The notes under the pieces were generated by a model. The model ran no database searches. It saw only the letters and a program-made list of their open reading frames with translations, and was not told the origin of the DNA. The position numbers and the translations under genes were made by a program. This document shows, in pieces, positions 39,218-49,326 of a stretch of DNA of 62,519 nucleotides. Origin of the DNA: Patescibacteria group bacterium (lineage in GTDB: Bacteria; Patescibacteriota; Patescibacteriia; UBA10025; JAHIVO01); assembly GCA_022560375.1 (NCBI GenBank), contig JADFTK010000001.1, positions 1-62,519 of the forward strand. Reading direction: 5' to 3'. Each line of letters opens with the position of its first letter. The first letter of the stretch is position 1.

Positions 39218-40231
39218 ATGACACCTGTAAAATATAAAGAACTATATAGTTGGCCCATTCTAGGCCACAGCCATATCATCAAATTTTTACAAACTTGTAT
39301 TACTAGAGACTCATTATCACACGCTTATTTATTTCATGGGCAAAAGTATACAGGCAAATTTCTCACCACAACCTTTTTTTCCAGCTCAATCTTATGCCAA
39401 TCGAGCAATAAAATTAAGCCTTGTGGGTCCTGCTCGTCATGCCAGCAATTAAAAAGAAATATTCATCCTGACCTTACCCTGCTAACACCTGAGGAGGATA
39501 AAAAAAATATTTCCATTGAACAAATAAGAAATTTACAGCACGTCTTATCACTTCGATCTTTTTTAACGAGCTATAAAATAGCTATAATCGATAATGCTGA
39601 TTCCATGACAGAGGCAGCAGCTAATGCTTTACTCAAAACACTCGAGGAGCCACCGCCAAAAACCATACTTATTCTCATTGCGGAATCCTTGACCAATCTT
39701 CCAAGAACCATAGTTTCTCGCTGCCAAACAATTCAATTCAATGTTATAGCCACTGAAAAAATTACCAACTGGCTAACCTCCCAGGGGAAAAGCAAGCGAG
39801 AAGCGCAAATAATCGCCAGATATGCCAATGGTAGAATAGGCAAAGCGGAAATATTAAGCTCTAATGATGACATCCTGAACTCCTACAAAGATAGGGTGAA
39901 ACTACTACTAGAAATTATCAAATCCAATACCAATCAAAAATTCGCTATAATTAATTCCATGCTACCAAAACAAATTACACTATCCGCCTATGGTGAAATT
40001 AATTCACTGCTTGATGATTGGCTGACCTTGTTTAGAGATATTTTTCTGGCAAAAAATAATAAATCTCTGATAACAAATTTTAATTTACAGGATACTTTAG
40101 TAAAAATATCTGATAATTATAGCTATAAAAAACTTATCCATATTATTAATAACATTATAAGATCAAAAAAACTAATTAAATATCAAGTAAGCCCAAAACT
40201 CATTTTTGAAAACTTGGCCCTATCTTTATAA
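39218..40231 (+). CDS. holB: DNA polymerase III subunit delta'
   Basis: HAYLF.G....GK, PCGSCSSC, HPD, AANALLKTLEEPP, TIVSRC. Confidence 0.92.
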   Translation: MTPVKYKELYSWPILGHSHIIKFLQTCITRDSLSHAYLFHGQKYTGKFLTTTFFSSSILCQSSNKIKPCGSCSSCQQLKRNIHPDLTLLTPEEDKKNISIEQIRNLQHVLSLRSFLTSYKIAIIDNADSMTEAAANALLKTLEEPPPKTILILIAESLTNLPRTIVSRCQTIQFNVIATEKITNWLTSQGKSKREAQIIARYANGRIGKAEILSSNDDILNSYKDRVKLLLEIIKSNTNQKFAIINSMLPKQITLSAYGEINSLLDDWLTLFRDIFLAKNNKSLITNFNLQDTLVKISDNYSYKKLIHIINNIIRSKKLIKYQVSPKLIFENLALSL

Positions 40232-40235
40232 TTGA

Positions 40236-41288
40236 ATGAAAAAATCTGTACTCATTATTGGAATTTTATTTCTAGGCCTATTGGTTACTGGCGCTACTAG
40301 CTGTAATATAAAAAGTAAAAGCACCGCCTCTGACGGTGGCGTTTATCAGTCTACAGACTTCGGAGAAAACTGGAAGCAAATAATTACTATTGCCAAGGCA
40401 GAAAAGGAAGGACAGAATATTGGTAACATTGACACCAGATTTATAACTTTTGACTCGGCTAACGAGAATTTGATGTACTTAAATACTACCGGAAATGGTA
40501 TATTTGCCTCCACTAATAAAGGTACCACGTGGAGACAAACTTCTTTATCGACGGGGACTTATGCTAGTTTAAGTATTGATGCCAGAAATAACAATGTAAT
40601 CTATACAACTCAGGGTTCGAAAATACTAAAAACTGTAGATGGCATGAAATCCTGGCACGAAATATATACCGAAACAAGGCCAGGCCAAAAAATTGTTTCA
40701 GTGGTTGTTGATCCTTTCCAATCTAACATCATATACGCAGCCACCACAACCAGCATTATAAAAAGTATTGATTTCGGAAATACCTGGAAGCTGCTGGGCT
40801 GGGAAAAGACCCAAATTATAAGTTTGCACGTTAGTAAAATTAACAACCAGACACTTTATGCCCGAGTTAATGGCGGGATATATAAATCTACCAACGCAGC
40901 TATTGACTGGACGATAGTCAGTGAGGGATTGAAAGAATTCAGAGGGGGGACAAGCATCCACTGGTTTAATTTTGATCCAAATACGGAAATAATTTTCTTG
41001 GGTACTGGGTTTGGCATTATTAAAAGTACCGATCGGGCTCAAACTTGGGTAGCGATTCCAACGCTATTTGATTTTAGAAAAATCCCTATTAAAACCGTTA
41101 TTTACCATCCGGAAAACCTTAACAAAATTATATTCAGTGTTAATAATGTACTCCACAAAACTGATGATGGTGGTAAAACATGGAAAACCCTAAAAACCGT
41201 TAGGACGACTAGGACTATTACCTATATGGTTACTGATCCGTCTATTGATGATTTAATTTTTCTTGGCACTACCAGACCGGCCAAATAA
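40236..41288 (+). CDS. Secreted or lipoprotein BNR/Asp-box beta-propeller protein
   Basis: Signal ending GATSC; repeated S.D.G.TW Asp-boxes. Confidence 0.8.
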   Translation: MKKSVLIIGILFLGLLVTGATSCNIKSKSTASDGGVYQSTDFGENWKQIITIAKAEKEGQNIGNIDTRFITFDSANENLMYLNTTGNGIFASTNKGTTWRQTSLSTGTYASLSIDARNNNVIYTTQGSKILKTVDGMKSWHEIYTETRPGQKIVSVVVDPFQSNIIYAATTTSIIKSIDFGNTWKLLGWEKTQIISLHVSKINNQTLYARVNGGIYKSTNAAIDWTIVSEGLKEFRGGTSIHWFNFDPNTEIIFLGTGFGIIKSTDRAQTWVAIPTLFDFRKIPIKTVIYHPENLNKIIFSVNNVLHKTDDGGKTWKTLKTVRTTRTITYMVTDPSIDDLIFLGTTRPAK

Positions 41289-41298
41289 CCTAATTTAT

Positions 41299-41850
41299 AT
41301 GTCAATAATTGAAGACAAGGAGCACCTTTTCGAAGATGCAACTAAACATTTAAAAGAAGAACTAAAAAATATTCAAACCGGACGGGCCAATCCTACACTT
41401 GTCGAAAATATTAGTGTAGATTATTATGGCACCAAAACACCTCTCCAAGAGCTGGCAGCTATTACTACCCCAGACTCCAGGTCAATACTTATACAACCCT
41501 GGGATAAAAATATATCCAAAGAAATAGAAAAAGCTATAACCTCGTCTAACCTGGGAATAAATCCTGTCGGCGAAGGTAATATGATTAGGCTACCCATACC
41601 ACCTCTGACTGAAGAGCGCCGTAAAGAGCTTAGTAAAAATGTAAGTAAATTGGCAGAATCCGCTAAAGTAAGCATCAGAAATGTCAGGGAGGAAATATGG
41701 CGTACCATAAAAAACCAAAAAACTTCAGGTGATATTACTGAAGATGATCAATTTGCCTTTCAAAAAAAATTGCAAGAGAAGGTTGATTACTTTAATAAAA
41801 ATATAAAATCTATTAGCGAGGCAAAAGAAAAAGAAATAATGACCATTTAA
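41299..41850 (+). CDS. frr: Ribosome recycling factor
   Basis: TGRANP, YYG..TPL, IQPWD, PPLTEERRKEL. Confidence 0.96.
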   Translation: MSIIEDKEHLFEDATKHLKEELKNIQTGRANPTLVENISVDYYGTKTPLQELAAITTPDSRSILIQPWDKNISKEIEKAITSSNLGINPVGEGNMIRLPIPPLTEERRKELSKNVSKLAESAKVSIRNVREEIWRTIKNQKTSGDITEDDQFAFQKKLQEKVDYFNKNIKSISEAKEKEIMTI

Positions 41851-41855
41851 ATAAT

Positions 41856-43058
41856 ATGCTTTTAACAATTATTTTATTTATTGCTATTCTGAGCGTTCTT
41901 GTTTTTGTCCACGAACTAGGGCACTACCTATCCGCGAGAAAAATGGGTATGGGAGTTGATGAGTTCGGCCTTGGTTTCCCGCCGAGACTTATTGGATTCC
42001 AAAAATTAAATAAAAAAGGTGACAATGATGGGAAGGCTCAAAAAAAGTGGCGTTTAATCAAGGGACCTCGCCAACCAAAAGAAATACCCGGGAGTGAGGA
42101 CAGCACGATATATTCAATAAATTGGATTCCGCTAGGTGGATTTGTAAAAATCAAGGGTGAGCAAGGAGAAAATTCCGAAGAGGAAAACAGCTTTGTTCAT
42201 AAAAAAATATGGCAGAGAATGATCGTCATCGCTGCCGGAGTTGTGATGAATCTTATTTTTGCTTTTGTAATCATATCCATCGGTTTCTCCATAGGGTTAC
42301 CAAGCATGGCTAACGAGGATTTACCACCCCAGGCAAAAATTAGTGATCCAGTCCTACAAATAGTACAAATACAGGACGAAACGCCAGCCTCCATAGCTGG
42401 GGTAAAAGCAGGGGACTTTATCATTAATGTGGATGGTCAAACAATACTAACAACGAGTGAATTCCAAAATTATACAAAAACAAGAATCAATGAGACTCTC
42501 CAATTAACTGTCAAAAGAGGGTCTAAGGAATTATCAATAGAACTAATACCCCAGGATATTGATGAAAGCGGAGAAGGTAAAATAGGAGTTTACCTGGCAG
42601 AGACTGCCATTGTTAGCTACCCCTGGTACTTAGCGATTTGGATGGGCCTGAAAACAACCATTTCAATCACCGGACAAATTATAGCGGCCTTTTATAACTT
42701 GATTAGTGATTGGATAATGCGGCAGCCAATTGCGGTTGATATTGCTGGTCCAATAGGCATCGCCGCATTAACCGGCCAGGTGGCCCAATTAGGAGCCATA
42801 TACATATTACAATTCGCTGCTATTTTATCTATCAATCTGGCAATAATAAATTCGGTGCCTTTCCCGGCACTAGACGGCGGGCGGTTTTTATTTTTGGCCA
42901 TTGAAAAAATTAGAGGCAAGGCCATGAATCAGCGTCTCGAAAACATAATCAACAATACTGGTTTTCTCATTTTAATAGGGTTGGTACTATTGGTTACTGT
43001 CCAGGATATTTCAAGATTTAGTGACACCATAAAATCATTTTTTTCAAACATATTTTAA
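41856..43058 (+). CDS. rseP: RIP metalloprotease RseP (M50, PDZ)
   Basis: VHELGH, IPLGGFV, AGV.MN, GPIGIA, N..PFPALDGG. Confidence 0.94.
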   Translation: MLLTIILFIAILSVLVFVHELGHYLSARKMGMGVDEFGLGFPPRLIGFQKLNKKGDNDGKAQKKWRLIKGPRQPKEIPGSEDSTIYSINWIPLGGFVKIKGEQGENSEEENSFVHKKIWQRMIVIAAGVVMNLIFAFVIISIGFSIGLPSMANEDLPPQAKISDPVLQIVQIQDETPASIAGVKAGDFIINVDGQTILTTSEFQNYTKTRINETLQLTVKRGSKELSIELIPQDIDESGEGKIGVYLAETAIVSYPWYLAIWMGLKTTISITGQIIAAFYNLISDWIMRQPIAVDIAGPIGIAALTGQVAQLGAIYILQFAAILSINLAIINSVPFPALDGGRFLFLAIEKIRGKAMNQRLENIINNTGFLILIGLVLLVTVQDISRFSDTIKSFFSNIF

Positions 43059-43067
43059 TAAGATGAT

Positions 43068-44309
43068 ATGTACCAGTCTCATTACTTCCTAAAAACCCAG
43101 TATTCAGCCCCAAAAAATGAAGTATCCAGGAACGCTCAGCTACTTGAGCAAGCTGGATTCATCAGCAAACTAATGGCAGGTGTCTACACATTCCTGCCAA
43201 TGGGATGGCGCGTACTAAAAAAAATTGAAGGTATCATAAGGGTGGAGATGAATAAAGCCGGGGGGCAGGAACTAAATATGCCTGCTTTGCACCCTATTGA
43301 AAATTACATAACTACCGGCCGGCAAGATATTGATATCATATTCCATTTACAATCAAAAAGTGAAAAAAAAATGGTCTTAGGCCAAAGCCACGAAGAAATT
43401 ATTGTACCCCTGGTAAAAAAATATTTAACTTCCTACAGAGATCTGCCCCTGTATCTGTATCAAATTCAAACAAAATTTAGAGACGAATTACGGGCAAAAT
43501 CGGGAATATTACGTACTAGAGAATTTATCATGAAAGACTTGTACTCATTCCATGCTGAGCAGTCTGATTTTGAGAAGTATTATTCAAAAATGAAAAAATC
43601 CTACTCTAATATAATGAATGATGTTGGACTTGGTAATATTACCTATCTAACCGCCGCCTCAGGAGGCACGTTTTCAAAATATTCACATGAATTTCAAACT
43701 GTCACGGAAAATGGTGAAGATACAATTCACTTGTGTAGAAATTGTAAGACGGCAGTGAATGATGAAATATTCGATAAAAAGAATAGCTGCCCAGAATGTG
43801 GTAATAAGGAAATGGAAAAGAAAAAATCAATAGAGGTCGGTAATATCTTTCCCCTACAGTCCAATTTCTCCGATAAATTCCATCTTACTTTTACTGACAA
43901 GCAAGGTAAGCAAAGACCGGTAATAATGGGCTGCTACGGCATTGGGTTAGGGCGATTGATGGGTGCAGTTACTGAGATACATAACGATAAGGACGGTATC
44001 CTCTGGCCTAAGTCACTAACTCCATGGCAGGTACACTTACTTTCTCTGGGAAATGATGAAAGCCTAGATATTGAAGCCAAGAAAACATACGAAATATTGA
44101 AAAAAAATAACATCGAAGTTTTGTACGACGATCGCCAGGAATCCGCGGGAAAAAAACTTAAGGACGCTGACCTAATAGGCATTCCCATACGCCTAGTGGT
44201 CAGTAATAAAACAAAAAGCAGTATAGAAATTAAATACAGGAATAAAAGTAGCGCTAAACTGCAATCCCTTAGCCAAGTAACCAAAGAAGTGAAGGAGTAC
44301 TACCAGTGA
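43068..44309 (+). CDS. proS: Proline--tRNA ligase, short form without INS editing domain
   Basis: YQIQTKFRDELR..SG.LR.REF.MKD.YSF, SHEF, EVGNIF, MGCYGIG. Confidence 0.95.
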   Translation: MYQSHYFLKTQYSAPKNEVSRNAQLLEQAGFISKLMAGVYTFLPMGWRVLKKIEGIIRVEMNKAGGQELNMPALHPIENYITTGRQDIDIIFHLQSKSEKKMVLGQSHEEIIVPLVKKYLTSYRDLPLYLYQIQTKFRDELRAKSGILRTREFIMKDLYSFHAEQSDFEKYYSKMKKSYSNIMNDVGLGNITYLTAASGGTFSKYSHEFQTVTENGEDTIHLCRNCKTAVNDEIFDKKNSCPECGNKEMEKKKSIEVGNIFPLQSNFSDKFHLTFTDKQGKQRPVIMGCYGIGLGRLMGAVTEIHNDKDGILWPKSLTPWQVHLLSLGNDESLDIEAKKTYEILKKNNIEVLYDDRQESAGKKLKDADLIGIPIRLVVSNKTKSSIEIKYRNKSSAKLQSLSQVTKEVKEYYQ

Positions 44310-45367
44310 ATATCTTCAATAATTTTCTAGGCAGGTTTTCTAAAGACATGGGCATTGACCTTGGTACGGCCAATACTCTTGTTTATGTGAAAGAAAGAGG
44401 TATTGTCATCGACGAACCATCGGTTGTCGCTATCAATACGCGTAATGATCAAATATTAGCAGTTGGTGACGAAGCCCAAAAAATGATTGGCAAAACACCA
44501 TCCCACATAGTAGCTTCTAGACCTTTAGTTGATGGGGTAATATCCGATTTCGAAGTGACCGAAAAAATGTTGAAATATTTTATTGACAAAGTCCACCAGG
44601 AAAGTTTTTCCTTACTACCTAGACCCAGAATAGTCATTGGCATCCCCTTGGGTGTCACGGAAGTAGAGAGAAAAGCGGTTGAAGATGCCTGTCTGAGCGC
44701 CGGAGCCCGAGAAGTATACCTCATTGAGGAGCCAGTAGCAGCAGCTATCGGTGCTCGGCTGCCGATTCAGGATGCCTCTGGCAATATGGTAGTTGATATT
44801 GGTGGCGGAACGACTGAAATTGCCGTGATATCCCTTGGCGGAGTAGTCACTTGGAAATCCATACGTATTGCTGGCGATGAACTGGATCGTGACATCATTC
44901 AGTACGCCAGAGACCATTTTAATTTACTCTTAGGCGAGAGGACCGCTGAGCAAATAAAGGTAAAAATCGGTTCGGCTTTATCATCTGAAGAGCCTATAGA
45001 AACTACTATGAGAGGCAGAGATTTAATAACGGGATTGCCTAAAGAAGTAACAGTAAATAGTAATCACATCAGGGAGGCAATCAGTCGGTCACTCCGGCAG
45101 ATAGTTGACAGCATAAAAACCACCATTGAAGTAACTCCACCAGAACTGGTAGCAGATATATATGAGAAGGGAATTATGCTGGCTGGCGGCGGTGCCTTAC
45201 TTAAAGGCCTGGACGTACTAATAAAGCAAGAAACTAAAATACCAGTACATATAACCGATGATCCACTTACGGCCGTAGTGCGGGGTACTGGAATAGTCTT
45301 AGACGACTTAGAAAATTTAAAAGAAATACTGGCTTCATCATCAGATGACTCAAAACTAATCGACTAG
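44306..45367 (+). CDS. mreB: Rod shape-determining protein MreB, paralog 2 (mre operon)
   Basis: GIDLGTANTL, RPL.DGVISDF, TEVERKAV, DIGGGTTE; GTG start. Confidence 0.96.
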   Translation: MNIFNNFLGRFSKDMGIDLGTANTLVYVKERGIVIDEPSVVAINTRNDQILAVGDEAQKMIGKTPSHIVASRPLVDGVISDFEVTEKMLKYFIDKVHQESFSLLPRPRIVIGIPLGVTEVERKAVEDACLSAGAREVYLIEEPVAAAIGARLPIQDASGNMVVDIGGGTTEIAVISLGGVVTWKSIRIAGDELDRDIIQYARDHFNLLLGERTAEQIKVKIGSALSSEEPIETTMRGRDLITGLPKEVTVNSNHIREAISRSLRQIVDSIKTTIEVTPPELVADIYEKGIMLAGGGALLKGLDVLIKQETKIPVHITDDPLTAVVRGTGIVLDDLENLKEILASSSDDSKLID

Positions 45368-45369
45368 CC

Positions 45370-46185
45370 ATGAAACAGTTTTTGCGATCACGAGCGGGGA
45401 TCGTTATTATAACTATAACGGGTTTAATTATCCTGATTTTTTTTCAACGTGTTGGATTTCTTCGTCCGGCAGAAAATATTATTACAACAGTGCTGAAACC
45501 TGTGCAGAATATATTAATTGTAGCAGCCACCAACATAAAAGGACTCACCGATTACCTGGGTAATATAAAAAATTTAGAGGAGGAGAACGACCGTCTTATT
45601 AAAGACATTTCAAGATTAATCGGGGAAAATGTAAAATTGAAGCAGAATTTATCTGATACCGGCCTCATACAAGAGGAGCTAGAATTCATCACTAAATACA
45701 ATTATCGGACTGTCACCGCAAAAGTAATCGGACGAAGCTCCCGGGACTATCTGCAAGAAGTAATAATTAACAAAGGGGATTCAGTCAGCATTCGCCAAGG
45801 GTTTCCTGTCATTGCTAGTGGCGGTATAATTATTGGAAAAATAATAGACACCAACAGTTCGATTTCCAAAGTATTATTACTGAACGACAATCAAAGCGAA
45901 ATAGGAGCCATCATCCAAAATAATTCCCAAAGCCAAGGGGTGCTCAGTGGACAGTTTGGAATTTCACTTCGTATGGAATTAATACCCCAAAATGATCCAC
46001 TAGAGATAGGACAGATAGTGACAACCTCCGGGCTAGAAGAGGACATTCCTTCAGGTTTAGTCATTGGCACTATTACAGAAATTATCCAAATAGAAGGTGA
46101 TTTATTCCAGAAAGCTATAATTGAGCCTCAAGCTGATTATCAAAATCTAAGTATTGTCACCGTTATCCTTCCTTTCAATGACTAA
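45370..46185 (+). CDS. mreC: Rod shape-determining protein MreC
   Basis: TM, coiled coil, AKVIGR, INKG, V.TSGL...PSGL.IG; follows mreB. Confidence 0.92.
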   Translation: MKQFLRSRAGIVIITITGLIILIFFQRVGFLRPAENIITTVLKPVQNILIVAATNIKGLTDYLGNIKNLEEENDRLIKDISRLIGENVKLKQNLSDTGLIQEELEFITKYNYRTVTAKVIGRSSRDYLQEVIINKGDSVSIRQGFPVIASGGIIIGKIIDTNSSISKVLLLNDNQSEIGAIIQNNSQSQGVLSGQFGISLRMELIPQNDPLEIGQIVTTSGLEEDIPSGLVIGTITEIIQIEGDLFQKAIIEPQADYQNLSIVTVILPFND

Positions 46186-46711
46186 AAATATAATATTCAT
46201 ATTATCGACTGTTTTTCTAGTTTTATTTCAAATTAGTTTTGTCCACGAATTTTATTTTTTCAGATCAAACATCAACATTGTTCTACTGGCCGTAGTTTTT
46301 TTGGCAGTCATGTCTAATAGTAGGAGGAGCTTGAGTTTCGCTATCCTAGCAGGCATCATGCTAGACATTTATTCTCCCTTTACTTTTGGGATAAATACCC
46401 TGGCCTTAGTAATCCCTGTTTTCTTGATCCACAATGTCTTCAGAAAACTGTTAACCCGTAAATCGCTCATTTCTACAATAATTGTAATGGCAATGAGTGT
46501 TGCCGTTTACCATGGAGTTCTACTCTTTTTATCAACACTATTCTTCTGGCTGGGATGGAGAGACATAAGCGCTTCCATTGCGCCTGAATACTTACTATTA
46601 GTTATTAATCAGATTTTATGGCACTCAGCAGCAATATCCTTACTATTTTTATTAATGCGTATGATTAGCCAAAAAATTAAACTCAATTTTCTCATTAACG
46701 AAAACGTATAG
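46178..46711 (+). CDS. mreD: Rod shape-determining protein MreD
   Basis: Small polytopic protein with G.MLD..S...FG, between mreC and pbp2. Confidence 0.85.
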   Translation: MTKNIIFILSTVFLVLFQISFVHEFYFFRSNINIVLLAVVFLAVMSNSRRSLSFAILAGIMLDIYSPFTFGINTLALVIPVFLIHNVFRKLLTRKSLISTIIVMAMSVAVYHGVLLFLSTLFFWLGWRDISASIAPEYLLLVINQILWHSAAISLLFLLMRMISQKIKLNFLINENV

Positions 46712-48672
46712 TGCCAAATTCAAAAAAAGACATATTTTCAATCGGCGATCCGGATAATGAAAATATTTCCAGAAGAGATTATAGAATAGCGTGGGTCGAA
46801 AACTCCTTTACACCAGAGCAAGAAAGTAAAAACTATCTCAGCTCAAATTTTGATAAAAAAAAACTAAGGTGGTTATTCTTTGGAATATTTTTCATATTTT
46901 TAGTTATGCTTTTTAGAGTGGGCTATCTCCAGATTGCCAGGGGCGAAGAATACCGAACAGCCGCCGAGGACAATAGAATCAGAATTCAAGCAATTAAAGC
47001 TCCTCGAGGAATAATAACTGACAGAAATGGCAATGTACTAGCTCATAACGTTCCCAACTTTTTACTCACTTTTACTCCGGCTGATTTACCTGAAGATAAT
47101 ATAGAAAGAGTCACTCTTATTGACAGGCTAGCCGAAATACTAGAAATTAACCGAGATGATATTGCCCAGATCATAAATGAACAACCTGGGCAGTCGTTCC
47201 AATCCTACTTGCTTCAGGAACATATTGCTTATGAAAAAGCAATATTGCTAAGAATAGTAAGCCAAGAACTCCCGGGAATTAGTTTACAAATAGATACTTT
47301 TAGAGAATATAATGCCGACTTTACCTTCTCTCATGTACTTGGCTATACCAGTAAAATTTCAGAAGAGGAATTAGCGGATAACCCAGACTATCTTTATGAT
47401 GCGAAAATTGGCAAAGCCGGGATAGAACTTTATTATGAAGATCTGCTCAGGGGAGTAAATGGCAAAAAAGAAATTGAAGTAAACTCACTAGGGAAGGAAA
47501 GTAGCATAGTTTCTGAAAAAAAACCGGAAACAGGAAAAAATTTAACTTTGACAATCGACCAATCGCTACAGCAGGTACTGGGACAGGCCATTGAAGATAC
47601 TGTCCAAAGTTCAAAATCAATTACTGGTGCCGCCGCTATTGCCATTGATCCAAACAATGGCGAAATACTGGCTTTAGTTTCCAGCCCCGTATTTGACAAC
47701 AACTTGTTTAATCTCGGCCTAACGATTGAGGAGTATCAAAATCTGATATCCGACCCAAAAAAACCATTATTCAATAGAGCTATCTCTGGAGAATACCCGT
47801 CTGGATCAACGATAAAACCACTTATCTCTTTAGCTGCCTTGGCCGAGGGAATTGTCACTCCCCAGACAACGATACTTAGCACTGGTGGCATCCAAATTGA
47901 CCGATGGTTTTTCCCTGATTGGAAAGCAGGGGGACATGGTACTACTAACCTAACCAAGGCTATTGCCGAGTCGGTTAATTCATACTTTTATTTGATTGGG
48001 GGTGGGGATGAAGAATTTAATGGGCTGGGGGTCGAGAAGATTCGCACCTATCTTGAATTATTTGGTCTCAATGGAAAAATAGGAATTGATCTTGCTGGTG
48101 AGTCTGCTGGATTCCTGCCATCTAAACAGTGGAAGGAGGAATCAAAAGAAGAAAAATGGTATATCGGAGATACCTATCACCTGAGTATCGGCCAAGGGGA
48201 CTTACTAGTCACCCCCCTACAAGTTGCCAGCTATACGGCTACTATAGCTAACGGCGGAACTTTTTATTTACCACACCTGGTTAAAGCCATAACTAATACT
48301 CAGAAAAACACTACCATCGAAGTCTTACCCACGATCATCAGAAATAACTTTATAGAAAAAAAACATTTTACGGCCGTACAAAATGGGCTGAGAGAAGCTG
48401 TAATTTCAGGCAGCGCTGTGGCACTCGGAGACCTTCCCGTAACCTCAGCCGGAAAAACTGGAACGGCCCAGTTCGGTAATAAAGGGCAAACCCATGCTTG
48501 GTTTACGAGCTATGCGCCTTACGAAAATCCAGAAATAGCCATAACTGTATTGATTGAGGGGGGAGGAGAAGGTTATGCCACGGCCCTGCCCATTGCTAAA
48601 AAGGGTTATTTACAGTGGTTTCAAACGGGGCTTGTGGATAACCCCCTTGACGTAGAAACGGAAAAAAATTAG
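46711..48672 (+). CDS. mrdA: Penicillin-binding protein 2
   Basis: APRG.I.DRNG, GSTIK (SxxK), SVN (SxN), KTGT. Confidence 0.94.
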   Translation: MPNSKKDIFSIGDPDNENISRRDYRIAWVENSFTPEQESKNYLSSNFDKKKLRWLFFGIFFIFLVMLFRVGYLQIARGEEYRTAAEDNRIRIQAIKAPRGIITDRNGNVLAHNVPNFLLTFTPADLPEDNIERVTLIDRLAEILEINRDDIAQIINEQPGQSFQSYLLQEHIAYEKAILLRIVSQELPGISLQIDTFREYNADFTFSHVLGYTSKISEEELADNPDYLYDAKIGKAGIELYYEDLLRGVNGKKEIEVNSLGKESSIVSEKKPETGKNLTLTIDQSLQQVLGQAIEDTVQSSKSITGAAAIAIDPNNGEILALVSSPVFDNNLFNLGLTIEEYQNLISDPKKPLFNRAISGEYPSGSTIKPLISLAALAEGIVTPQTTILSTGGIQIDRWFFPDWKAGGHGTTNLTKAIAESVNSYFYLIGGGDEEFNGLGVEKIRTYLELFGLNGKIGIDLAGESAGFLPSKQWKEESKEEKWYIGDTYHLSIGQGDLLVTPLQVASYTATIANGGTFYLPHLVKAITNTQKNTTIEVLPTIIRNNFIEKKHFTAVQNGLREAVISGSAVALGDLPVTSAGKTGTAQFGNKGQTHAWFTSYAPYENPEIAITVLIEGGGEGYATALPIAKKGYLQWFQTGLVDNPLDVETEKN

Positions 48673-48675
48673 AAT
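48633..48675 (+). promoter_or_regulatory. greA promoter with an adjacent perfect DnaA box
   Basis: TGTGGATAA (48633-48641, reverse complement of TTATCCACA); TTGACG (48647-48652), 17 bp, TAGAAT (48670-48675). Confidence 0.6.
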
Positions 48676-48779
48676 AAGGTGTAAATAAATTGTAATAATA
48701 AAGAATTTTTAAGACACAATTCAGCAGCCTCGGATTATGGGCTTAGATTTTAATTGTGCCATTTATTTTTTTTTGAACT

Positions 48780-49244
48780 ATGAATAATCAAAATACATTT
48801 ATAACCAAAGAAGGGCTAGCCAAAATTAAAAAAGAGCTCAACGATCTAAAAGATGTGAAGCGACGCGATATCGCCGAAAGAATTCGAGAAGCTAAAGAGC
48901 TAGGAGACCTTTCTGAAAATGCAGAATATACTGAGGCAAAAAACGATCAGTCATTTATCGAAGGCCGAATTTTAGAAATTGAGTCAATTCTTAAAAGCGC
49001 TACTATTATCAAAGAAGCGTCATCTAAGGGTCAAATTGAAGTTGGTTCCAAGATAAAAATTCAGGACGGTAAGGAGACCAAAAGCTACTTTATTGTCGGA
49101 TCAAATGAGGCCGATCCAGCCCAAGGAAAAATCTCAAACGAATCACCACTTGGTCAGGCGTTTCTAGGTAAAAAGAAGGGTGACATAGTAGAAATAAAGG
49201 TCCCTCAGGGTACCAAAAAATTTGAGATCATAGCCATCATTTAG
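48780..49244 (+). CDS. greA: Transcription elongation factor GreA
   Basis: GDLSENAEY, EAD...GKISNESPLG. Confidence 0.96.
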   Translation: MNNQNTFITKEGLAKIKKELNDLKDVKRRDIAERIREAKELGDLSENAEYTEAKNDQSFIEGRILEIESILKSATIIKEASSKGQIEVGSKIKIQDGKETKSYFIVGSNEADPAQGKISNESPLGQAFLGKKKGDIVEIKVPQGTKKFEIIAII

Positions 49245-49326
49245 CATCTTTAATTAAAGGCGGGTATTGATTGCCTAAATACCCTGTTTTTGCTATTATT
49301 ATTACACATTTAATCATTTAAAATTT

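Noticed and set aside
48633..48641. Replication origin at the DnaA box
   Set aside because: Single box inside the mrdA 3' end; no box cluster and no dnaA/dnaN in the window.
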